The notes under the pieces are model-generated. The model was not told the origin of the DNA. It did no database searches and was given only the letters and a program-made list of their open reading frames with translations. Of a stretch of 64,000 nucleotides of DNA, positions 49,246 through 58,646 are shown piece by piece. The stretch spans positions 1 through 64,000 of the forward strand of contig JANRLD010000010.1 of NCBI GenBank assembly GCA_033762915.1, written 5' to 3'. This stretch comes from Meiothermus sp. Lineage in GTDB: Bacteria; Deinococcota; Deinococci; Deinococcales; Thermaceae. How positions within the stretch are numbered: the stretch's first letter is position 1; every line of letters starts with the position of its first letter. Both the position numbers and the translations under genes were made by a program.

Positions 49246-50148
49246 GTGAGTTTCCGACCCGCCAGGCCCGAAGACCACTCGAGAATCCTGGAAATTCACA
49301 ACGCCTCCTGGCCCGAGCACTTCCGCGACCTCGAGCGGCTACTGCGCTACGACCAGATTTTCCCGACCCTGCGCTTTGTCGGGGAGCGGGCAGGCTCGGT
49401 CGTTGCCCACGCCAGCATCCGTGACCACGGCAATCGGTACGAACTCGAGATCGCCGTTGTGCCCGAGCATCGCGGTCAGGGAATCGGAAGCGGGTTCTGC
49501 TCATTTCTGCTCGATCAACTCCCCGCCCTGCCGCCCAAGCCGCTGCAAGCCTTCACCAAGGAGACGCACCTGCCCTTCGCCGAGCGGCGCGGCTGGCGCG
49601 AGGCCATGCGGAGCTATCACCAGTATCTCGAGCTGCCCCGCTTCGACCCCGCGCCGTTTGCGGGTTTGCTGAAAGGCCTCGAGGCGCAAGGCTACAGTTT
49701 CCGCGCCTTCGATCAACTGACCGAGCCCGACCGCGAGGCCCGGCTGCATGCGCTGGTGAACGCCACCGAGGTGGATATTCCGGCCACCACGCGGGTAGAG
49801 CCGGTTGACCTCGAGGGCTTCCGCCTCAAATACACCCACGGCCCCAACTTCCTGCCCGAGGGCAGTTTCGTGGCGGTGCATGACGGTCTGTACGCGGGTT
49901 TAACCTTCACGCGGCGGCGCAGCCCGACCAGCGTGCACACGGGCATGACGGGCGTGTTGTCCGCGCACCGTGGGCGGGGCCTGGCGATGGCGCTTAAGGC
50001 TCGGGTGGCTGCCTACGCCAAGGCGGCAGGGATGCTCGAGCTGCACACCAACAACGCCGCCACCAACCTCGGCATTCTGACCGTAAACGAGCGGCTGGGC
50101 TTCGTGCGTGAACCCGCCCAGATTGAGCTGCACAAGGAGTTCGGATGA
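49246..50148 (+). CDS. Tandem GNAT acetyltransferase
   Basis: VVPEHRGQGIG and TGVLSAHRGRGLAMALK; NERLGF. Confidence 0.9.
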   Translation: MSFRPARPEDHSRILEIHNASWPEHFRDLERLLRYDQIFPTLRFVGERAGSVVAHASIRDHGNRYELEIAVVPEHRGQGIGSGFCSFLLDQLPALPPKPLQAFTKETHLPFAERRGWREAMRSYHQYLELPRFDPAPFAGLLKGLEAQGYSFRAFDQLTEPDREARLHALVNATEVDIPATTRVEPVDLEGFRLKYTHGPNFLPEGSFVAVHDGLYAGLTFTRRRSPTSVHTGMTGVLSAHRGRGLAMALKARVAAYAKAAGMLELHTNNAATNLGILTVNERLGFVREPAQIELHKEFG

Positions 50149-50369
50149 GCCTCGAGTTCAGACCTCTGCGATAGGTCAGGGCGACCGCCAATGTGGCCGT
50201 CAAGGGCACCTCTGGCCGAGGTTGAGGTGATGGGCTGCTGGGGCGGCATCGCGCAGTTCAAGCATGCGGACACTAAACGCGGCTCGAGCAGGCCGCCCGC
50301 CGCAGTTTAACCTGGTGCACCCTCGAGGCCAGCGCCACGCTTTAGGATTGGTTCCGGATTTTGGAACCT

Positions 50370-50711
50370 ATGCAGGTCCTTTTGCAGAGACTCCGCACGC
50401 TGCTGCACCGCCCGGACGCCCAGGCCGGGGCGCGGCTGGGGGGCAAGCTGCTGCTACTGCAAATCCTGATCGAAATCCCCTTCCTGATCCTCGAGGCCAG
50501 CCTGCTGGTGGGGGCCGCCTCGGGCGGGGGGCGGGGGTTGGCGCTGTGGCAGAGTGCGCTGCTGGTGGCGGCGGTCTACCTGCTCCTGGAGGCACTGTTC
50601 TTCGCCGTCCAGCGGCTGCGCGGCAACCGCCAGCACCGCTGGTTCGAGTCCGAACGGGTGATGTTGGGCTGGGTGTTGAGCCGGTTACGGCGGCGCGGGC
50701 CGCAGGGCTGA
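50370..50711 (+). CDS. Hypothetical membrane protein
   Basis: Two hydrophobic helices; host-like codons. Confidence 0.6.
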   Translation: MQVLLQRLRTLLHRPDAQAGARLGGKLLLLQILIEIPFLILEASLLVGAASGGGRGLALWQSALLVAAVYLLLEALFFAVQRLRGNRQHRWFESERVMLGWVLSRLRRRGPQG

Positions 50712-50717
50712 AGGGAC

Positions 50718-51062
50718 CTAGCCGTGCCGTTCGCGGCTGTCCTGGGGGGCCTGGTCGCGCTCGTTCAGGCCATAGTCCCGCATCACCGCCGCCACCCGCA
50801 GGCGGTAGTTCTCGAAGATCCACTCGCGGCCCGCGCTTTGGGCGCTGCGGTGCGGCTCGAGTGCCCGCCATTGCGCCACCGCCGCCTCGTCGCGCCAGAA
50901 GGAGAGCGAGAGCAGCTTGCCCGGCTGCGAAAGACTCTCGAAGCGCTCGACAGAGATGAAGCCATCTATCTGCTCGAGCAGCGGCCTGAGCCCGGCAGCG
51001 GTCTCGAGGTAGGCGGCTTTGTGCTGGGGGTGGGGCCAGACTTCAAAGATTACGGCGACCAT
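50718..51062 (-). CDS. Antibiotic biosynthesis monooxygenase (ABM) family protein
   Basis: [31 protein letters not shown]. Confidence 0.92.
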   Translation of the reverse strand: MVAVIFEVWPHPQHKAAYLETAAGLRPLLEQIDGFISVERFESLSQPGKLLSLSFWRDEAAVAQWRALEPHRSAQSAGREWIFENYRLRVAAVMRDYGLNERDQAPQDSRERHG

Positions 51063-51094
51063 AATGTTTGAACTATACCCAGTCTTGAGCTGCC

Positions 51095-51643
51095 CGATGT
51101 TTCAACCGCCATCGAGGTTTTGTGGGGTGCGGCCCGCACGAGTTGGCGGCCCCAAAAAGTGGTGCGAGCCGTACCCTACAACTACAAGTTTCTGGTGCTG
51201 TGTGTTGCCGAGCGATGCAGTCATTTCGATGCCGGTTGAAACATCGTTGTTGGGCGGCTGGGTAGGGTCTTGTTTGTCAAAGGAGGCCAGAGTGATCACC
51301 TGTTTTATCCGCTACGAAATAGACCCCTTCCAGCGCCAAGCCTTCAAGGAGTATGCCGAAAACTGGGCGCGGATCATCCCGCAGTGCGGCGGGCATCTGC
51401 TGGGCTACTTTCTGCCCCACGAGGGCACCAACAACATCGCCTGGGGGCTGATCGCCTTTGAGTCGTTGGCGGCCTACGAGGCCTACCGGGCGCGGCTCAA
51501 GGCCGACCCCCGTGGGCGCGAGAACTTTGCGATGGCCCAAACCCAGCGCTTCATCCTGCGCGAGGAGCGGACGTTCGTCGAGGTGGTGGATTCGACCCTG
51601 AACCTTCCTCCCACCAACCCTTAACGCTTCAACACGCGTCGAA
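51095..51643. promoter_or_regulatory. Three copies of a putative ArsR operator TTCAAC-N4-RTCGAR
   Basis: 51101-51116, 51225-51240 (reverse) and 51628-51643, each upstream of one gene of the module. Confidence 0.7.
51292..51624 (+). CDS. NIPSNAP family protein
   Basis: [39 protein letters not shown]. Confidence 0.9.
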   Translation: MITCFIRYEIDPFQRQAFKEYAENWARIIPQCGGHLLGYFLPHEGTNNIAWGLIAFESLAAYEAYRARLKADPRGRENFAMAQTQRFILREERTFVEVVDSTLNLPPTNP

Positions 51644-51678
51644 ACGTCAGCGCCGAGGACAGAACTACAATCGTAGCC

Positions 51679-52368
51679 ATGAACCCCCAACCCGAGATTG
51701 GCAAGGTGGCGGCCCTGATCGGTGAGCCTGCCAGGGCTGCCATGCTGGTGGCGCTGCTGGACGGGCGGGCGCTGACGGCGGGCGAGCTGGCGGGCCTTGC
51801 GGGCGTCTCGCCGCAGACCGCCAGCAGCCACCTGGGCAAGCTGCTCGAGGGCAAGCTGCTGGCGCTCGAGGCGCAGGGTCGCCACCGCTACTACCGCCTG
51901 GCAGGCCTGGAGGTGGCGCGGGCGCTCGAGGCGCTGGGGGTTTTGAGCGAGACCACCCAGAACCCCAACCCCTTCACCCCCAAGGTGCCGCTCGAGCTGC
52001 GCTTCGCCCGCAGTTGCTACGACCACCTGGCAGGCCGGCTGGGCGTGATGATCGCCGACGGGCTTCAGGAGCGGGGCTACCTGACGGCAGAGTTCGTGCC
52101 CACCCCAGCGGGGCGCGTTTGGCTCGAGGGCATGGGGGTGAACGCGGACTCGGCCTCCACCCGTCGCGTGTTCAGCAAGCCCTGCCTGGACTGGAGCGAG
52201 CGCAGGCCCCACCTGGGCGGGGTGTTGGGTGAGAGGCTGATGGTGCGGCTGATGGAGCTGGGCTGGGTAGCCCGGACGGAGGGGCGGGCGGTGCGGCTGA
52301 CCGTAGAGGGCAGGTGCGGCCTCGAGCGCGAGCTGGGCCTGAAGCTGGGGCAGTTGGAAGTGGCGTAG
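51679..52368 (+). CDS. ArsR/SmtB-family regulator with CYDHLAG C-terminal domain
   Basis: EPARAAML, TASSHL, QGRHRYY, CYDHLAG, CLDWSERRPHLGG. Confidence 0.92.
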   Translation: MNPQPEIGKVAALIGEPARAAMLVALLDGRALTAGELAGLAGVSPQTASSHLGKLLEGKLLALEAQGRHRYYRLAGLEVARALEALGVLSETTQNPNPFTPKVPLELRFARSCYDHLAGRLGVMIADGLQERGYLTAEFVPTPAGRVWLEGMGVNADSASTRRVFSKPCLDWSERRPHLGGVLGERLMVRLMELGWVARTEGRAVRLTVEGRCGLERELGLKLGQLEVA

Positions 52369-52398
52369 GTGGGCTGGGCTTCGGATAATCTAAGGTTT

Positions 52399-53499
52399 AT
52401 GGCGCTGCCCCACCTCAGACTTTTCGGCTCCCCCTACGAGCAAGGCTTGGCGCAGGGCAAAGCCTTATCGGATGCCATCGCCCACAACCTCGAGGTCTAC
52501 TTCCGTCGCTTCGAGGTGGAGTGCAAGCTGCCCGCGCCTGAAGCCCGGCGGCGCGGCGAGATCTACCTGGGGGCCATCCGGCGGCAAAACCCGGACTACG
52601 CCAGCGGCATGGAGGGGATCGCCGAAGGCTCGGGCCAGCCGCTGATCGACATCGCCACCCTTAACGTGCGCTACGAGATTGTGTATTACCAGTTCTCGCA
52701 GGACGACGCCCCGCGCTACATCGCCCACGAGGCCCCCAACGGCTGCACCGCCTTCGCCGTGCTGCCCGCCCACACGGCCGATGGGGCCCTGTGGATGGGA
52801 CAGAACTGGGACTGGATGGAGGGCGTGAAGGGCGCGGTGCAGCACACCACCGAAGCGGATGGAACCCAGGTGCTGGGCTTCACCGAGGCCGGCATCTTCG
52901 GGGCCAAGATCGGCCTCAACTCGCACTCGCTGGGGCTGTGCATCAACGGGCTGGTCTCCAAGGGCGACAACTGGGCCGGGCTGGGCAAGCCCTTCCACCT
53001 GCGCACCTACGAGGTGCTGCGGGCCAAGACCCTCGAGCAGGCTCGAGCCGTCGTGACCGAGGCCCCCCTCACCTCCTCGGGCAATTTTCTGCTGGGGCAG
53101 GGCAGCTACGCGGTCGACCTCGAGGTCTCCCCTACTGGCCTAGGGGTCTGGGAGAGCGACCGCCAGCTCGTCCACGCCAACCACTACGTTGCGCCCGAGC
53201 GCTTCGGCATCGAGATCCCGATGCTGGAGTGGCTCGACCGCTCCGACCACCGCCACGCCCGGCTGGAGGAGTTGCTGGCCGGCATGGAAAGGCCGGGCCT
53301 CGAGCAGTTCAAGGCCGCCCTCTCCGACCGCGACGGGGCCCCCTACGCGGTGTGCCGCACGCCGGGCCAGGAGGAGATCGACCTGGGCGAGCCCTACAGC
53401 ACTGTGGCCTCGATGATCCTCAGCCCCAGCAGCGGCGAGTTCTGGGTCTCGGACGGGCCGCCGCACGAGAACGCGTACGTACGCTACCAACTGGACTGA
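52399..53499 (+). CDS. C45-family autoproteolytic acyltransferase/hydrolase
   Basis: LNVRYE, G|CTAF, GQNWDW, KIGLN, HANH. Confidence 0.9.
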   Translation: MALPHLRLFGSPYEQGLAQGKALSDAIAHNLEVYFRRFEVECKLPAPEARRRGEIYLGAIRRQNPDYASGMEGIAEGSGQPLIDIATLNVRYEIVYYQFSQDDAPRYIAHEAPNGCTAFAVLPAHTADGALWMGQNWDWMEGVKGAVQHTTEADGTQVLGFTEAGIFGAKIGLNSHSLGLCINGLVSKGDNWAGLGKPFHLRTYEVLRAKTLEQARAVVTEAPLTSSGNFLLGQGSYAVDLEVSPTGLGVWESDRQLVHANHYVAPERFGIEIPMLEWLDRSDHRHARLEELLAGMERPGLEQFKAALSDRDGAPYAVCRTPGQEEIDLGEPYSTVASMILSPSSGEFWVSDGPPHENAYVRYQLD

Positions 53500-53591
53500 G
53501 AGCGGTTCCCATCCTTACCTCCCTCGCGGCGGCAGGTAATCTACTCCTTAAAGCAAAAACCGCTGTAGAAAGTATGCGTGGGAACCGCTCT
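53499..53591 (+). repeat. 93-bp two-hairpin MITE-like element, subfamily A, perfect 13-bp terminal IR
   Basis: AGAGCGGTTCCCA...TGGGAACCGCTCT; TTACCT/AGGTAA hairpin; aligns to 25020-25112. Confidence 0.88.
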
Positions 53592-53662
53592 GAGCGCTGC
53601 GGGCCGAAGGCCGCGACCGCCCTCTCACCGCCTCGAGGGCCCCACCACTGTATCGTTAGGCC

Positions 53663-54484
53663 ATGCGCTTTCTGGCCTTGCTGATCTTCGTGTGCTTAAC
53701 CGCCCAAGCCCAGGTTCCGGGCAACCCGCAGCAGCCCGAGCTGCTGGCCGAGCAGATCGACGGCGGGGCGCAAGTCTTCGTGAACAATCCCCTGTACGCG
53801 CCGGTCTCGGCGACCTTCACGGTCGGCGGCACCAACTTCAGCTCGAGCGCGGGCTCGAGCTTCGTGCGGGTGCTGCCACCCCGAGCCCGCACCCTGGTCC
53901 TCACGGTGAAGCCCGCCGACCCCCAGGCGGCCTGGAACTGGTCGTTCAGCTGGAGCTGGCGCATGGGCGACATCAACGCCCGGCCCGACGGCACCGTCTA
54001 TGACCTGCCCTTCGCGACCGGCGCGGCCTTCCGGGTGGATCAGGGCTACGGCGGGGTCTTTAGCCACAACACCGCCGAGGGCCGCTACGCCCTGGACTTC
54101 AACATGCCCGAGGGCACGCCGGTGCACGCGGCGCGGGAGGGCGTGGTGGTGGCCCTCGAGACCGGCTTCACGGCGGGCGGCACCGACCCCGCGCTGCGCG
54201 CCAAGGCCAACTACATTGCGGTGCTCCATGCCGACGGCACCATCGCCGAGTACGTCCACCTGAGGGCGGGCGGGAGCGCGGTGCGGGTGGGACAGCAGGT
54301 CGCCCGGGGTCAGCTCATCGGCTACTCGGGCAACACCGGCTACTCCTCGACCCCCCACCTGCACTTCCACGTCTACCGGGCGCTCTCGCCCACCGGCGGC
54401 TGGCAGACCCTGGCGGTACAGTTCCGAACCCTCGAGGGCGGCCCGTTAAGCCTGCAGGAGGGCCAGCGCTACACCCGCCCTTGA
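53663..54484 (+). CDS. Secreted M23 family metallopeptidase (paralogue of 36678-37586)
   Basis: FSH..ALDFNMPEGTPVHAAREG, YVHL, GNTGYSSTPHLHF. Confidence 0.92.
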   Translation: MRFLALLIFVCLTAQAQVPGNPQQPELLAEQIDGGAQVFVNNPLYAPVSATFTVGGTNFSSSAGSSFVRVLPPRARTLVLTVKPADPQAAWNWSFSWSWRMGDINARPDGTVYDLPFATGAAFRVDQGYGGVFSHNTAEGRYALDFNMPEGTPVHAAREGVVVALETGFTAGGTDPALRAKANYIAVLHADGTIAEYVHLRAGGSAVRVGQQVARGQLIGYSGNTGYSSTPHLHFHVYRALSPTGGWQTLAVQFRTLEGGPLSLQEGQRYTRP

Positions 54485-54514
54485 TGGGCCAACGGCCCTG
54501 CGGTACAACAGGGC

Positions 54515-55924
54515 GTGAACCTTCCCCGCTCCACCCCCGAGGCCCAGGGCATCCCCTCCGGCGCCGTCTCTGCCTTCGTCCGGGCGGCCGAGGCCGCAGG
54601 CCTCGAGCTGCACAGCTTCATGCTCCTGCGCCGCGGCCGGGTGGTGGCCGAGGCCTGGTGGCACCCCTACGCCCCGCAGCACCCCCACGTGCTCTACTCG
54701 CTCTCCAAGAGCTTCGCCGCGACCGCGGTGGGGCTGGCGGTGGCCGAGGGGCGCTTGGGTCTGGAGGACCGGGTGGTCTCCTTCTTCCCCGACGAGCTGC
54801 CCGAGGCGGTGAGCGACAACCTCGAGGCCATGACCGTGCGCCACCTGCTCACCATGGCCAGCGGCCACGCCAAAGACCCCTTCGAGGCCATGAACTGGGG
54901 TGAACAGAACTGGCCCCAGCACATCCTGGCCCAGCCGGTCGAGCACGCCCCCGGCAGCCGCTTCGTCTACAACTCCGCTGCCACCTACCTGCTCTCGACC
55001 ATCCTGCGCAGGGCCACCGGCCAGGGCCTGCTGGACTTCCTGGGCCCCCGCCTCTTCGAGCCCCTGGGCATCGCCCGCCCGACCTGGGAGGCCTGCCCCC
55101 AGGGCACCGAGATCGGCGGCTGGGGCCTGAGCCTGCCCACCGAGGCCATCGCCACTTTCGGCCAGCTCTACCTGCAGGGCGGGGTCTGGGAGGGCCAGCG
55201 GCTCCTGCCTGAGGGCTGGGTCGAGGAGGCCACCGCCCGGCAGGTCGACAACGCCAGCCCCGAGGGCAAGAACCCAGACTGGCAGCAGGGCTACGGCTAC
55301 CAGTTCTGGCGCTGCCAGCACGGGGCCTACCGGGGCGACGGGGCCTTCGGTCAGTACTGCGTGGTGATGCCGGATCAGGAGGCGGTGCTGGCCATCACCA
55401 GCTACGTCGACGACATGCAGGCTGTGCTGAACCTGGCCTGGGAACACCTGCTGAGCGCGATGGGGGGCGAGGCCCTGCCCGAGGGGGCTGACTCGAGCCT
55501 GCCCGCCCTGCTCTCTAGCCGGGCCATCGCCCTGCCGGCGGGGAGCCATCCGGGCCAGGTGTTCAGGCAGACCTACCGCCTCGAGCACAACCCTCTGGGC
55601 CTCAGCGAACTGGCCCTCGAGACCACCCCGACCGGCGGCGTCCTCGAGGTGAAGGGGGCCGACCCACCCCACCGCATCGTCTGGAGCCACGGCGACTGGG
55701 CCCTGGGCGAGACCGGGTTCCTGCGCAGCGGGCCGAGCAAGATCGCGGCCTCGGGCGTCTGGCAAAACGAGGCCGAACTGACCCTCAAGGTCTGCTACTA
55801 CGAGACCCCCTTTTGCCCCGTCTTTACCCTGGCCCTAGGGCCACAGCAACTCACCGTGCGGGCCAAGGGCCGGATGGGCTTCTGGGAGATGCCCGACCCG
55901 CTACTGGAGGGCAGGCCCCAATGA
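54515..55924 (+). CDS. Serine hydrolase, beta-lactamase family
   Basis: YSLSKS, LLTMASG, FVYNS, YGYQFW, RGDGAFGQ. Confidence 0.9.
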   Translation: MNLPRSTPEAQGIPSGAVSAFVRAAEAAGLELHSFMLLRRGRVVAEAWWHPYAPQHPHVLYSLSKSFAATAVGLAVAEGRLGLEDRVVSFFPDELPEAVSDNLEAMTVRHLLTMASGHAKDPFEAMNWGEQNWPQHILAQPVEHAPGSRFVYNSAATYLLSTILRRATGQGLLDFLGPRLFEPLGIARPTWEACPQGTEIGGWGLSLPTEAIATFGQLYLQGGVWEGQRLLPEGWVEEATARQVDNASPEGKNPDWQQGYGYQFWRCQHGAYRGDGAFGQYCVVMPDQEAVLAITSYVDDMQAVLNLAWEHLLSAMGGEALPEGADSSLPALLSSRAIALPAGSHPGQVFRQTYRLEHNPLGLSELALETTPTGGVLEVKGADPPHRIVWSHGDWALGETGFLRSGPSKIAASGVWQNEAELTLKVCYYETPFCPVFTLALGPQQLTVRAKGRMGFWEMPDPLLEGRPQ

Positions 55925-56739
55925 AGTCCAAAGACTTGCTCGAGATTTCAGACCTCACCCGGGGCGAGATCGAGCACATCTGGAGCCTCGTAGACCGCCC
56001 GATTCCCAAGCTCGAGGGCCGGGCGGCATGGTCGTTTGAGGGCAACGGGGTCCGCACCCGCACCTCGTTCATTGCCGCGTTCGGGCAGTTGGGGCTGGAA
56101 TACATCGAGTTGCCCAACCTGCTAAAGACTCAAGAGCGTGTCCGAGACCTGGCGGGCTATCTCGACCCGTTTTACCTGGTCTACGTCATCCGCGAGTCCG
56201 ACCACCAGCGACTGACCGAGTTCGCACGGGCCTCGACCCGCCCGGTCGTCAACGCCATGACCGGCCAGGGTCACCCGTGTGAAGTCTTGAGCGACGCGTA
56301 CTCGCTGCGCTCGATGTTCGGCGATCTGCACGGCGTCACCATCGGCTTATGGGGGCCCACCACCAACGTCTTTCGCTCGTGGCACCAACTGGCGGCTGTG
56401 ATGGGGCTGAATGTGCGCCACTTCTGCCCGGCGGAGTTTCACCTGGACCTCGAGTACGTCACCTTTTGCCCCGAGCCCGGCGCACCCGTAGACGTACTGA
56501 TCACCGACTCCTGGCCCGCCGACTTTGACGACTCGAGGTGGTCGCTTTCCCTCGAGGTCATGCGCACCCTAGGAAACCCGAAGCTGCTGCCCACGCCGCC
56601 GTTTTTCGTCGGCAAGGAGCTGGCCTTCGACCCGGTGCCGTCGGGCCACTTCGTGGGTTACCTTCAAAAGCAACAGCTGCTGGAGGTGCACCGGGCCGTT
56701 CTGGTTTACCTGCTCGAGGGGGCGTCCGGTGAAGATTGA
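55921..56739 (+). CDS. Divergent ornithine/aspartate carbamoyltransferase-like protein
   Basis: DLLEISDL, GVRTRTSF, PVVNAM..HPCEVLSD, TDSW. Confidence 0.75.
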   Translation: MKSKDLLEISDLTRGEIEHIWSLVDRPIPKLEGRAAWSFEGNGVRTRTSFIAAFGQLGLEYIELPNLLKTQERVRDLAGYLDPFYLVYVIRESDHQRLTEFARASTRPVVNAMTGQGHPCEVLSDAYSLRSMFGDLHGVTIGLWGPTTNVFRSWHQLAAVMGLNVRHFCPAEFHLDLEYVTFCPEPGAPVDVLITDSWPADFDDSRWSLSLEVMRTLGNPKLLPTPPFFVGKELAFDPVPSGHFVGYLQKQQLLEVHRAVLVYLLEGASGED

Positions 56740-57511
56740 CCTCGAGCTGGCCCGCCGCCTCGAGCGCCTCGGCGCACTCAACGCGGCCGACTACGCCCAC
56801 GCCCTGCGCCGCCTCGAGCCCGCCTCCGGTGCCGAGGTGTTCGCGGTGGGTGAAGGCTGGGGAGTGTTGATGGGGCCGAAGCACCCGGTCAACTGGGTCC
56901 ACGCCGCCGAGTTCGGCGAGCTGAGCGAGGCGGATTTGCAGGGGGCCGAATCCCGCTTCGCCCGGCTCGGCCTGCCGCTGCGCCTCTCCTTCTGTCCGCT
57001 GGGGCTGGCAAGAAACCTCGAGCGGCTGGGCCGGCGCGGCTACCGGGCGGTGTCGTTCATGAACCTTTATGTGCAGCCCCTGGCCCCCCTAGAGGTGCGG
57101 CCGCCCGAGGGCGTGGAGATTCGCCGGGCCAGGAGCCTGGAGGAGTGGCTCCTGGCCAGCCGCAACGCCTGGGGCGAGGGCGGGGCGGGCGACCTGTTCC
57201 AGCGGGTGGCCCTCGAGCGCCCCGAGGCCCAGAGCTTTGTGGCGGTTGCCGACGGCCGGCCGGTGGCGGTGGCGGCGCTGCGGGTGCGCGAGGGCGTGGC
57301 CTTCCTCAACGGCACCGGGACCATGCCCCAGTACCGTGGGCGCGGCATCCAGCGGGCGCTGGTGCAGGCCCGGCTGGCCCTGGCCCACCGAGCGGGATGC
57401 GAGCTGGCCGTAGTGGCGGCCGTCCCCGGCGGCCAGTCGGCCCACAACCTCGAGCGCTTTGGTTTCGGGCTGGCCTATACGCGGGTGAACCTCGAGGGAC
57501 AGACGGGCTGA
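56729..57511 (+). CDS. GNAT acetyltransferase
   Basis: TMPQYRGRGIQRALVQARL, S.HNLERFGF. Confidence 0.88.
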   Translation: MKIDLELARRLERLGALNAADYAHALRRLEPASGAEVFAVGEGWGVLMGPKHPVNWVHAAEFGELSEADLQGAESRFARLGLPLRLSFCPLGLARNLERLGRRGYRAVSFMNLYVQPLAPLEVRPPEGVEIRRARSLEEWLLASRNAWGEGGAGDLFQRVALERPEAQSFVAVADGRPVAVAALRVREGVAFLNGTGTMPQYRGRGIQRALVQARLALAHRAGCELAVVAAVPGGQSAHNLERFGFGLAYTRVNLEGQTG

Positions 57512-57541
57512 GTGCTGCCCAGTAGGGGGATTCGTCAAGCT

Positions 57542-58258
57542 CTACAACAGCACGACCAGTGCCAGCAAACCCACACTCTCGCCGACCTCGACCATCGCGC
57601 CGTAGACGTCACCCGAAATCCCCCCGCCCAGCCTGCCTGCCGCCCAGCGGCCCAGCAGCAGCACGCCCGCCGCCATCGTCAGCGTCGCCCAGGGGAGCAG
57701 CACCACGGCGGGCAGCGCGAACAGCGCAGCGGGCAAAATCCGTCCCTCGCGGCTGACCGCACCCAGGCCCTCCTTGCGGGCGGCGGGGAAAAGGTTCATG
57801 GGGATCAGCAAGACGAAACGGGCGAGCGCGGGAACCGCCAGAAACACCAGCGGCGAGACCCCCGCGCCCAGCAGCGCCACCAGCAGTTGCCACTTAAGCA
57901 ACAGGTGGACGAACCCCACCCCGAAGGCGAAACTGCCCACGTGCACGTCGTTCAGGATCTCGAGCCGCCTCTCGACCGGCTTCATCGATAGCAGCGCGTC
58001 GGCGGAGTCGAGCAGCCCGTCCAGGTGCAGCATTCCCGTGCAGGCCAGCCAGACGCCCAACAGCAGGGCGCCCTGCAGGCCGTCCGGCAGTGGCGCGGTT
58101 GCCCAGGCCACCAGCGCCAGCACCGCCCCAATCGCATAGCCCGCCACGGGATAGAAGGCCGAGGCCGAGCGCATCTCGCCCGGCTTCACATCCATGATCT
58201 GCGGCACCGGGAAGGTGGTCAGGAAGCCCAGGGCCAGCCAGAGCGGGCGCAGGCTCAC
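57542..58258 (-). CDS. cobS: Adenosylcobinamide-GDP ribazoletransferase (cobalamin synthase)
   Basis: FLT, TGMLHLDGLLDSADA, GSF, GGISGDVYGA. Confidence 0.93.
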   Translation of the reverse strand: MSLRPLWLALGFLTTFPVPQIMDVKPGEMRSASAFYPVAGYAIGAVLALVAWATAPLPDGLQGALLLGVWLACTGMLHLDGLLDSADALLSMKPVERRLEILNDVHVGSFAFGVGFVHLLLKWQLLVALLGAGVSPLVFLAVPALARFVLLIPMNLFPAARKEGLGAVSREGRILPAALFALPAVVLLPWATLTMAAGVLLLGRWAAGRLGGGISGDVYGAMVEVGESVGLLALVVLL

Positions 58259-58409
58259 CGCGGCCCCAGCCTTTCGGCCGACCGGGCCTCTTCCTGGCTG
58301 CTCGAGCCGTCCGCCAGCCGCGCTGTGGAGCCCACTGCTTCAGCCTGCCGCAGGGCGCCAGAGCAACCCGAGCAAGGCGACCCGCCGAGCCAGAAAACGT
58401 GCCCGAAAC

Positions 58410-58646
58410 TCACGAGCCTGATTGTACGGGGGTTTTGCCGTAGGTGGCCGCGAACTCCTCGGCCGTGAAGGGCCGGCCCGCCAGGCGGCGGCGCACGGCC
58501 TCGTCCTGGATAGGCTTGGCGTAGGGGCAGTGGCGACACCTCGAGCCGCAGCAGTAGCCGCGTTTAAGGTGGTAGGCCCCGGTGAAAACGTAGAGGTCGT
58601 TCTCCATGTAGTAGTCTACGTTTTCTTTCAGCTCGAGTCGGGGCAT
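58410..58646 (-). CDS. Small Cys-rich protein (DUF5522-like)
   Basis: DYY..VFT..YHLKRGYCCGSRCRHCPY. Confidence 0.82.
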   Translation of the reverse strand: MPRLELKENVDYYMENDLYVFTGAYHLKRGYCCGSRCRHCPYAKPIQDEAVRRRLAGRPFTAEEFAATYGKTPVQSGS

